DNA of 64,000 nt from Phoronis australis (taxonomy: Eukaryota > Animalia > Phoronida): positions 186,001-250,000 of the forward strand of contig NMRA01000086.1 in assembly GCA_002633005.1 (NCBI GenBank), given 5' to 3'. Position numbers and translations under genes: made by a program. The notes under the pieces were generated by a model, which worked only from the letters and a program-made list of their open reading frames with translations, did no database searches and was not told the origin of the DNA. Below, in pieces: positions 1 through 18,408 of the stretch. The first letter of the stretch is position 1. Each line of letters begins with the position of its first letter.

Positions 1-879
1 TACACTCTGGCAGGTGCCCACCACTTGTTACAGTCATCCAAATAACATCTTCAATTGCTAAAGGTTTAACTTTTCTGTATAGTCTGTAATTAAGCTCATT
101 ATGCCCCAAGGTTATTGTGAAGGACAGGACAAATCACATGTCAATGCACATTCAGCATTTATGTACATCAGAAATACCATGTTTCTAGCCATTGCTTTTG
201 CAAACAACTCTGCAAGCTACAGCTCGGGGTAACCTAACCATCACAAAACCAAGCATTGACGTGGGGTTGTGTACAACGCGTTAGGTATGGTTCATAAAAT
301 GTTTGTTTTTGGCAGAAGTGATGTATATAAGATCCCATGCAAACCACAAACATTAAACTGGAATAAATCTCAGTTAGTGGCTTTGAACGTTCCCATTGAA
401 GAACTCGGTGAACTTCATGTGGTCCGTCAGCTTGGAATGCTAGCTGGCCTAATTGAAAAACAAAACATAGAGTCCCTTCCCAAAACATGAATCAAAGCAT
501 ACGATGGCACTACATGGAGCTTTAAAGATATTTCGTGCTATATGTTATGGCACTGTTTAAAACCACAGACTGTAGAAAATAAATTTGACAGTAAAAAGTT
601 CAAAGTGAAAGTATCGTTAAACATTGACCGTTGAGCCCTTTGTTACGTTGATATTTGATGCTCCTTGTGGATCCTTCTGTCTTTCTTCTATTTTCAATGT
701 TACTGAAATATGAGTGATTTAATTTTGAAGGATAGTAATTAAAGAATTTGTTCATTTTAAGTCTTTATCCTCATTTTTCTGTTTGATATTCTAGTCAAAC
801 AAAAGGACTAATTGCTCAGAAATTGGACCTCACTCTTTACGGAGGTAAACATTGTTTTCATGAGCTAATTACTTTACAG

Positions 880-8910
<8,031 letters not shown>

Positions 8911-9800
8911 CGTCAACTGAATTTGAGTGCAGAGACATGCAACTGAGCTGTTGGAGGACTTAGTTCATGCTCTTTTAAGGAATATTGTAAAGTCATCAAG
9001 TGGATTTGGACTTCAAATGCAGTAGAGTGAGAGGTCACAACCTTAACTGTTTACTGTTTTGAACAGTTCTAGCGTTTTACTTGCTGTAGTTTCTGGTACG
9101 TTGGTACTGGTACGTTGGTATAGAGACAGACCACCATTAAAAAAGTGTGCTGGAGCAGGGCAGAATTTCATATAGATGGACAATCAGTTCTTATGACTTT
9201 GATTTGACTGCAAGTGTCTGGGAGGATAGTTGTGCGACTTTTGAACAAATTAAATTGAAGGAAGATTTAATGAAATGCTTTGAGATAGCTAAAATGATAA
9301 AATATGTCACTGTTTGGGAATCAGCACCTTCAGGTGTGTGGCATTTCACTTGTTTAGCAAAGAAGGAAGACCCACCTATTTAAGAAGCATTTCGGCCAGT
9401 TATTGATATAGTCTCAAGCAGTTATTCAACTTCGTTATAAATCTATTTTCATATCCTTTTTTTCCTTTTCTCTAGTTCAAATATCACGGCCAGAAAAACC
9501 AAATGCACATTCTGTTGGAAGGAATGCTGTATGTGTACTTTCTCCAACACTTCAGTGTTGGAACCATTCTTCAACAAACCTTGCCCTTGTAGGCTGGTAC
9601 TATACAAGCAATTGACAAAATGAACTGAATTGTGGATGAAACAGTTTAAGTTGGCATTCTGGGTCACTTAATTACGTTCATTTGACAAAATAAGCCACTG
9701 CACAAAGCTCAGAATGGTACTACGTAATGATGGTAACACGTAAACTTCAGTTGTTAAGGTTGTTGCTTTCAATAAACAGAAGAGATGTTCTAGTTTCATT

Positions 9801-9970
9801 TGTGGTTGGTGCATTTTATTGTGTAGTGGATATGGCAATGACTGACTACATTACACTGTGGTTGGTGCATTTTATTGTGTAGTGGATATGGCAATGACTG
9901 ACTTCATTACACTGTGGTTGGTGCATTTTATTGTGTAGTGGATATGGCAATGACTGACTACATTACACTG
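9801..9970. repeat. 56-bp tandem repeat, 3 copies
   Basis: TGTGGTTGGTGCATTTTATTGTGTAGTGGATATGGCAATGACTGACTACATTACAC x3, nearly identical. Confidence 0.93.
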
Positions 9971-10856
9971 ACACCGTATACGTGTACTTTTAAGCCTATG
10001 CACCTGTATTCAAAAACTGCATTTTTCAAAAACAAATTGCCTGAAGTTTTAACAGGACACAAATGTTTTTTGGGATTATCGTTGGGTAGGATAGACTCCT
10101 TGAAGTTATTAACTTTGACCAGAGTTATATACTAGGTGCAAAGTCCATTGCTTTGTGGCATTGTTAGAAATCTGCTATTCCCGACGTTGACTTCCAGCCA
10201 TTTGATAAAATTAATTGAAATCAGAGCCAGTCAAGTGCTCTTTAAAGTTTCTACTACCTTTCCCACTTTGTCATTTAGCTTTACAACCAGAGTGGTGGGT
10301 TTATCGAGGACTACCAAGGTCGTGGGTTTTAATTGGCCTTGGGGCTGATCTCGAATACACACCATGATCATCCTGTCACTTTCAACACATTGGCACATGC
10401 ACCCAGAGCTAAATTTATGTCCACATGCAATTTTTTTTCTTACATGTGGACATTTTAATTGGATGTTTTTGCTTCTTTTTAGCCATTCCGAGTACTTTCC
10501 GAATTCTTTAAATGAAAACATTCATTTACTGGCACAACTTCTCCTGTAAATGAATGGGCCTGAATTGATGCATGTACATTAGTGCTGTTACGCTTATGAC
10601 ATCTGAACACATGGCAATGATCACTTCAGTAGTCATCTGGCTTTATCTATAGAGTCGGACATACTTTGTGGTAGGTGTCTTTACAAAACAAAGTTTTACT
10701 TAGGTGTCAAGCTGTTTTTGGTTGAAACAGGACCCTCACTACATTAGTTATTTCTTGTCCAGTCCTGTTTTATGGTAGCAAAGTATTCTGGAAGACTACA
10801 CTGAACTGAGATGAAAACTGAAAATACATGGCTAAAAAAACCACCGTACATAAGAA

Positions 10857-12025
10857 TCAATTGTGCTTCAGAAGCACAAGCGCTTTCTCAAGAGCCTTGA
10901 AGTTATCGTTAACTAGAAACACGTTTTTCAAACTCTTCTCCCATGTTGAAAAATAATGCTCTTGTTTCATGGTGTTAGAATTTACCACTACGTGTGGTTT
11001 GCCCAACAGAACGCACATAATGTGTGCGTGAAGTCGGTCTGTTATGACCACTTGTGCACGTGACAGAAACATCATGCCAGACATTGCACGTAACTGGTGG
11101 TCTTCCATGAAATTGTCTGACCTCTGGTTCATCCAATCATCTTGCCAGTCTGTGATCACATGACTAACTCCACTAGGTATTTTAGGCATTTTCTTTCCCA
11201 TGGATTCCCAGTCGTTTCGTTTCAACCATATTATATCATAAACTGGAATAATGTTCAGTCGCATTGGTCCAATAGCAAATGCGGAATCTGGAATCAGATA
11301 ATTTTCGTTGGTTTTGAAGAAATTGACGGCTAACATGTATGAGTATCGGTCTCTTAGTAAAATGTGAACATCTTCATGAGCTGCAAACATTTTGGCATAC
11401 TTCTTTATCTCTGTGCACGGAGGGGTTGGATGGCAAGAACTTATTGGAAACACTACCACTCGGTTATTAGGAAAAGATTTTAAGGTCTTGTCCACAACAA
11501 ATGCATGTGCTGGGTGACCGATATATCCAGCTCCTTGTATAAACACGACAAGATCGGTAGTTCGAGGAACGTTAGTAAAATCACAGTTGTTGCCTGGATA
11601 GTAACAATAATAAATCAGCTCAACTCCCAGTCTTTTGAGTAGAAGGCGCTGGCCAATCATAATCAGTTGATCACCCTTGTTGGCCCATGTGAACACATTG
11701 ACTAGCACGGCCACTTTGAATTGCTTATGCACAATTTTAGGAAATATTTGATTGTGAATTCGTTCAGCCTCAGCAAGCACTTGTGTGGTTGTTCTAAGTC
11801 TGTGTGACAAAAAGTCTGACATGTTTCTGTGCTTGAAGAGATCAACCTTCAAAAATTTCCTTTCGTCCAACGTGAGGTTTGTGTAATCTAACTTGGTCTG
11901 TTCAGCTCCAGGTGAGTTAGGAATGCTGTCACTTTCAGACCATGTTCCAGTTGTCGTGGCAACTATTACCACCATTAATGCTGTCATCATCGTCAGCCAA
12001 AGTGAAGGACTGTTCAGACTGGAAC
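10857..12025 (-). other. Polysaccharide pyruvyl transferase domain (PS_pyruv_trans; Pvg1/EpsI-like) preceded by one TM helix
   Basis: Ordered family motifs: N-x-G-D (NKGDQLI), the GGGN-equivalent QGAGY, FP, LLRDRYSY, PDSAF, WLKRND, DW, and FLSRAQVVITDRLHAHIMCVLLGKPHVVV...K...Y..TW. Confidence 0.9.
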
Positions 12026-13169
12026 CTAAAAAGATAATTATAATACCTTGAATAAAGGTTTACGTGCTGAATTAATTAGACAAAGCAGGCAATTGTGAAA
12101 GTTATAAAATGTGTCTCGTTTCACTATGCAACAGTTTATGCAATATCATGATTGCTACTGAATCCTTTTCATAGCTTACCTAGTGAGCTGATGCATTTTG
12201 GGAAGGCGTATATCAACAGTCCTACTACCAACAAAATTCCAAATGCCACATTTGTTGCAGACAACATTCTCTGTCCAATGAGAAGAAACGCAGCCGCAAT
12301 AAGAATCCTCTTCAGAACATTTGCAGTGGCGTGGCCGATCACTGAAGTGTAGTTTAGGATGACGCACATTGAGATTATGTTGTAGGCACTGTGAAAGACT
12401 GCTGACACGATGCTCAGTCCGAGGCAAGACACCATGTTGCCAATGAGAGACGGATTAATAATCATTTCTACTATTATCAAGATGCACAAAATGGCTGCTG
12501 CTATAAAACTTATGGTTGATAGTATCTGTAATTGGTGGGCCACTTTGTCGCTTGTTTTCAAGAAATGTTTGATGTTAATGTTTTTAATACCAAGGAGGAT
12601 GTTGGAGATAAATGCCATGCCTAGCCCGGTTGTGCTGGCGACAGACAAGTCAGGATGCCACACAAACCCAACTGCTCCTGCTACTACCAACGGTAATGAG
12701 ATGATTGAGTTTGTTTCCATTTTCTGGCCTGTAAGCATACTTATGAGTACTGCTGAAGATATGGGCTCTGAAGCTTTGATGGTGAATGCAGAGCCTGCAT
12801 TTGCAAACAAAAGGCTAGCATTGGTACATGATGAAGCCACAAGGTGACCTATTGCTACTGCCAGTATGGAATTCGTCATGTCTTGGTTGTCGAACTTTGT
12901 GGTTGAGTCATTTTTCTTGTCAACATAGTTGTTATTATCTTTAGGTTGGCTAATTTTCCAATTTAATTTATCAGAAATTGCTACCAACAGTCTCATAACA
13001 ATTCCTCCAATAAGCATCTGAATACCAGTGACTGTCACGATGCTAAACCAGTCATCTTGATCCTCCTCTCCTTCTGACTGCAAAGCAGCTCGAGCAAAGT
13101 AGTGTGCAAGGAATGAGAAAACTGTCCATGCTGTGAAAGCTATTGTTCCAGCAAGTATGTTGCCAAAAC
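10857..13169 (-). CDS. Fusion protein: TPT/SLC35E-like (putative PEP) transporter + Pvg1-like polysaccharide pyruvyltransferase; start exon not resolved
   Basis: Exon A is 13169-12180, with acceptor TTTATTTCAG and donor G|GTAAGC. Exon B is 12025-10857, with acceptor TCTTTTTAG and stop TGA. The two join in phase 1 (...CISSL-G-SSLNSPSLWLTMMTALMVVIVA...), giving at least 719 aa with no stop. The transporter has TIKASEP and GHATANVLKRI motifs. The transferase has NKGD, LLRD, LIPDSAFAIG, WLKRND and VVITDRLHAHI motifs. Confidence 0.85.
12180..13169 (-). other. Triose-phosphate translocator family (TPT/SLC35E, DMT superfamily) multi-pass domain
   Basis: About 9-10 hydrophobic segments. It has K in 'FTIKASEPI' and KR in 'ANVLKRIL', the positions that bind phosphate in plastid TPT/PPT-family carriers. 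Confidence 0.8.
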
Positions 13170-16100
13170 CTGAAATAAAGAAAGAACACCTGTGTAATTG
13201 ATAATCCAGTTTTTTTTTTTCAAATGGCAGTATATGATGAGATAAGTTATAGCTGTATGTTGACTGAATCCCAGCATTCAATCAGATTTAATTTGTGTAT
13301 GATAATTGGAACACAATCTGATTGTCATGAATAACTTCATGTAGGATTGATATGAGAGCACTCAAGGATTGCATTAATATAAGTAAATGGTTAATACATT
13401 GTGATCTATTCACACCATTAGTAATGGTAATTTACTGAAAGTTTTGGTAACATGCCATTGACCTACTGAGGTTTTCTAATTTGAAATTTGTCATTGATGA
13501 AAATTGGTACTTGACCTTAATGAGCTCTCATGTCTAGCATATATGTTCATAAAATTCTTCATAAAACATGACCCTTAGCCACTTGTCTATACCGGTATTC
13601 CTGGTGAAGATACGTTGTATCCCTGCAGTATGAAAGTCTGCATTTTGGTCTGAAATGTTGGGATCTGCATCATGATCATGGCACAAGTTTTACGATTCTT
13701 TTGACATGTTTTCCAATTCATGGAAAGAACTAGTTCATTTTTATGACTAAAATAACTATATTTGTCCGTGTTAGAGTCCAAAATCCGCAAAAACAAAAAA
13801 CATTAAGTTGAGCAGGTGCGCTTATAATCGAATCTTTTCAGAACTCCTGGTTGCTGTTTGTGAGTTAAATGCTAGCTATAAGTCCATGCATTGTGGGAGC
13901 TTTGTGAAGAGAAGTGTTTTCAATTAATCGAAAATCTCAATTGGCAATTTAAGGGTTGGCGTATAATTGAGCATGGGCCTTTAGAAATTGAGTGTTTATC
14001 TGAATGTGCATGGTAACCCAGACTCGTGTGGTAAGTTAATTTTGTGTTTATCATAAGATGCCTTCACAAAGATTAGATTGCTTGAAACTGCATTTCACCC
14101 TGTTAGGATAAAAAACGAAAAGCGAATTAGGTTGTTTACTTTCATAAGATCTTATTCCTTATCAGGATTGAATTTCATTTCAACTCAAGTCACACAGGCA
14201 TTGCGCACATGCACCTTTTTAACTTGGCAACTTTAGAGTTGGCCAACCGCATTAAACTGTGAAGCTTTTTCGTGATTCACGTTCATTTGGTGGTTTGATG
14301 TCCATTTTAGTAATATATTTCTATCACTAAAGAAAAAATATGTGAATAGTTTTGGAGTGCAAAAGGCTTAATTCTATTTTTGTTTTTAACCATGAAGCAG
14401 CTTTTAAGTCAATGCAATTGTTTGAAACAGTGAGACTTAAGGTGATATGTCAGTAACAATCAACTTGCTTAATTCCATCATTCTATAACAGCCTTTTAAG
14501 TGCATGATGTCTTTTACCACCATGCCATTTTTCACTTTGCAATTTTTGTTTATGTATTGAAATGTTCCAGAAAATAAGGTTTATATTCTCTTTGCTACCC
14601 ATCTTGTCCTATTCTAGAGATATACAAGCCTAGAAGTGCACTATTTAAATACACACATAGCGCAGTGTAAGTAGGTTAAGTTAGTAATTAAGTATTACTA
14701 AGGAAAACCTTTTGCATATTAGGTGAACGTGCTCATAAACTGTATAATATCATCACAACCACTGAAAGTACAGATTCTGAAGTATTAACAATAAAGTTAC
14801 AGAAGAAATTATTTACAGATGACATAATGAAGTAACAGTACAGGATCCACTCTAGAGTGTTGCACACTGAGAGTATTTCTGACACACACATAAGCTCAGA
14901 CATTTCATGAAAGCAATCAGTGTAGTGACTTCCTGTGACTTCAGTAGTCGGGGTATTGTGTTCCAGAGAGAAATACCATGAGGATTAGAAATGGTACCAT
15001 AAGCAAATGTAAATGTGTACTCACGTTTTGTTTCCATGTTGGAGAGTGGTGAAAATTCCAAATATTGAAACAAATACTGTTCCTGGGCTCCTCAAAGAAA
15101 AGGGAAATTGGAATACAGTTTGTTCTTATTGGCAAGCATGCATCAGGCTGGATTTATATTATATCATGAAGCAGCAGAGCCCCACCTCAACTCTTTTGCT
15201 ACTGGAAGAATTTATCACAGCAGGTAAAACAGTTTTGCATTTTGTGCCAAAACATGGGTCAAGTTAAAATGATATTTCTATCCTTTGTTGTTGTAACATT
15301 GCTATTTCAAGAGTAGTTATTTTGTAAAACCAGATTTTTGAGTTATGCAAACTGAAAACTGAAAGCCAGGCTTTATTTAACCAGCCACCCCTCAAGTTTG
15401 AATAAGATTATTGAACTCTGCCTATTCAAAGAGTTTCTTTGCTTAGTAAGAATTGTCCACAACAATGGGTTAAGGGTATTACATAATGTAGTGAACTTAG
15501 CATGAGTTAGTGGGACATAGTAAAATCAAATGGGTGGGTATTTAGTGACACTGACTCAGACAGTGCTGGGTCTGTCTGACTCTGCCTATTGTTATTACTT
15601 CAGGTGCTGTGGGACCCAAACTCTTACTAGGACAAAAGTAAATCACCACAAGGTTGCGATCCATGGGCAGCTATCAGGTATATATATATATAAATATCAG
15701 AGCTTGGTAAAGTCTTGAAACATAATTACAAAAAAGTGTTGTTTGGGACGTATAGTGCTGTTCTGTGTAAAGCAATCACAGAGGTTGATTTGACAAGAAA
15801 AGATATGGTGGACGATAGATTGGTTTTTAGGAACTTTTTCTTTGCTGTGAGCACGCAAGTGAGGTTTGTAACTGAGATCAAACATTATTTGGAAACGTTC
15901 TTAGCATTTGCATGTGACAATCAGTAACAAGCATTCAAAAATAGAAAAGTGGCAATTTTATCAATATTTTTACCAAAATTTGCCGACTCTTTACTAAGCG
16001 TGTTTGTTATAAGCTTATACAACTTAGAGTACTTCAAATTTTCCAACAAAGCACTTGTTTTCACAGTAAAGGTTAAAATTTACCACTAAATATAAGGAAT

Positions 16101-16239
16101 GTCTGTTTTCATCAAATTTGTCTTTACAGTCAGTTATTTTTATGTACAGTTTCAATTAGTTTTTCTGCATGCTTATTAATTATTATTGATTGTGAGATGT
16201 CAACTAGGTGATGTTCTTGAGTGATGCCTGTATTAGTAA

Positions 16240-17230
16240 AAGTGAGAATCTCACTGGATTCTGCAATGAAGTTCCGATGAGATTCTCATTAAAACCACCA
16301 CTTGAGTGAGAAATGCAAGTGAGAATCAAGTGAGAATTGAGGAGTATACTTTACTCAATGTGTGGTGGGACTGAAAAAGAGACAGAATTCAGTGAGAATT
16401 TTGGACTTAGAAAAATTGCGAGTGAGAATCCAGTGAGCATTTCTGAGTGAGAATGTGAGAATTAAGTGAGAATTTGTTAAAGTGGGAATTTAGGATAAAC
16501 GAACACACTCATGGGCTGCCTGAGTGTATATTTCAGTTAGACTAATCAGATTTTATGAATTCAAAATAAAATGGTGCCAGAAATTATCAGTTGTAATGAG
16601 GGAGTGAAATAACTTGAAGGTTGTCAATGTTTTTCTCATAAATATTGAGAAATTACCAAACAGTGTTTACTTCAACCAGAGGGGATGGTGAACTGAGGTT
16701 GGGAGTTAATACATTCCATTCATCTAGTAGAGTACAATAATGAATCACTTTTACTCTTCGTAGAGTACATGTTTAATCACTGACCTTAACTGTTAGGCTG
16801 ATGTCTTCATTCTGTGTTTGTTGTTGTATTTTATTGATTCCCATTAGCGTATTTAGAGGCTGAAATTGTTCAGACTTTAAGTCTACTGTATTTGACAGGT
16901 TGTCATTAAATTCCCTTTTTCAGTAACACAATTTTGTTCAATATTCTCTTCAGTCAAATTTCATGGTAAACATGCAAAAACGAGCAGCACTTGACTTTGG
17001 TCACTGATAGCTTTGAAGTGTTATCTAATTTCAATGACTAAAATAAATACAGAAAAATTCTAAGTTTACAATTCTCACCTTGTGAAATATAGCCATGCTG
17101 GAAGACAAATCCTCACTGAGTGTAGGAATTCTCACTGTGCATTCTCACTGGAATATCATTGTATTCTCAGTCAGTGAGATTTTTTCTCACTAATTAGAAT
17201 GGCATCTCAGTGGAATCCCACTGGATTCCA
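16240..17230. repeat. Two oppositely oriented arrays of a short GTGAGAAT motif (fold-back-like repeat)
   Basis: Many AGTGAGAAT copies at about 16240-16490 and many ATTCTCAC(T) copies at about 17070-17230. Confidence 0.55.
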
Positions 17231-18408
17231 ATTATAATCCTTTTAAGGAAATTATCCTGCAAATTTTTTTCGAAAAGGAAACGTTAAGGTAAACAAGTGG
17301 TCGTGTGGGTCTTGAGGAGGGTGACATATGTTGAGAGTGGACCTGATGAAGACTTGAACCTATTAAGGCTTGAAAGCTAGTGTTGTTTAATGTATACTGG
17401 ATTAGTGTTTTACTTGTTCTGCATTGTCTGTTTTTAATTCGATAAATGCATATATTTTCTGAAAGTGGAAAACCTGTACAATGTAATTTTTTTAATTTAT
17501 ACCAATTTCCTTTTAATCGGGTCGCATGGCCATGTCTTTGTTGTAAAATTTAGCGAACAACAAAGGTACGCCCGCATCAAGGTAATGGTATCAACGTGTC
17601 AACGTGACAAAATTTCATTAGTGATAAAGTTGTCAAGATGAAATCGCAAAAATCATGCTGTAAGAGTTTTCTAAATTATAATCTCATTTTCATTTTATGC
17701 GACTTTAGGTTTCTTTTCATAAAATCATTAGTTTTTTAAGGAAGATTTTAAAATTAATTCCTTACAGTATTTTGGACAACATTGCATACGTATAGTAGAT
17801 GAAAGTGTACAACCACACATTGCTGAGATATGATGCTTCAAAGTTAGTCACATTTGGACATTTTTGTAGGTCCTACATATGGTATAACTTTGAAGACTTA
17901 AGTGGTCGTGGCTCATAAGATAATTATTTTATTGCACCCTGTTTTTCTGTGCTCTAAGTGTTAATACAAAATTTGTAGTAACATGCATCATGCCATCATG
18001 TCTCTCAGTTTTGTCGTTTGGAACTTGATTTCTGTACAACTTTGAATTGGAAATTGCAGTAATTCTTTACAAAAAAAATAATTGCTGACATTGTCATTTT
18101 TATATTTTGTAAAGGCTTGTTACCTTGTTGCAAATACTGTAAACTTTACCATTATTGTTTTATGACCTCTTAGTAGACAGGGAGTTTGTAGGTATTGGAC
18201 AATGTTGTTGTATTGTTACTGTCATGTGTATGCCTGCAGTACACAGAAATCATTACAGGTCCATATTTAGTGATTGAGGATCACATAATAAAGCCCTTAA
18301 CCATGCATGGTTTAGTTCTCTGGGAAATAAATCAGCCCTTAAACTATCAACACACTGTTTAATTTACTGGCATAGTTCTTTAGTGTTTGCTTTTTGTTTT
18401 CAGATAGA

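Noticed and set aside
234-490. Short ORFs in the first ERCC3 intron
   Set aside because: No recognisable motifs, and upstream frames are interrupted by stops.
12410-12847. 145-aa plus-strand ORF
   Set aside because: Antisense shadow of the transporter exon.
13170-13281. N-terminal 37 aa of the 370-aa transporter ORF in the track
   Set aside because: It uses a non-ATG start and runs through a polypyrimidine tract and acceptor at 13170-13171, so it is intronic.
13587-13796. Candidate first coding exon of the fusion gene
   Set aside because: The donor after 13593 is phase 0 in the ATG-containing frame, while the next exon needs phase 1, and that frame has no ATG. The start exon is left unresolved.
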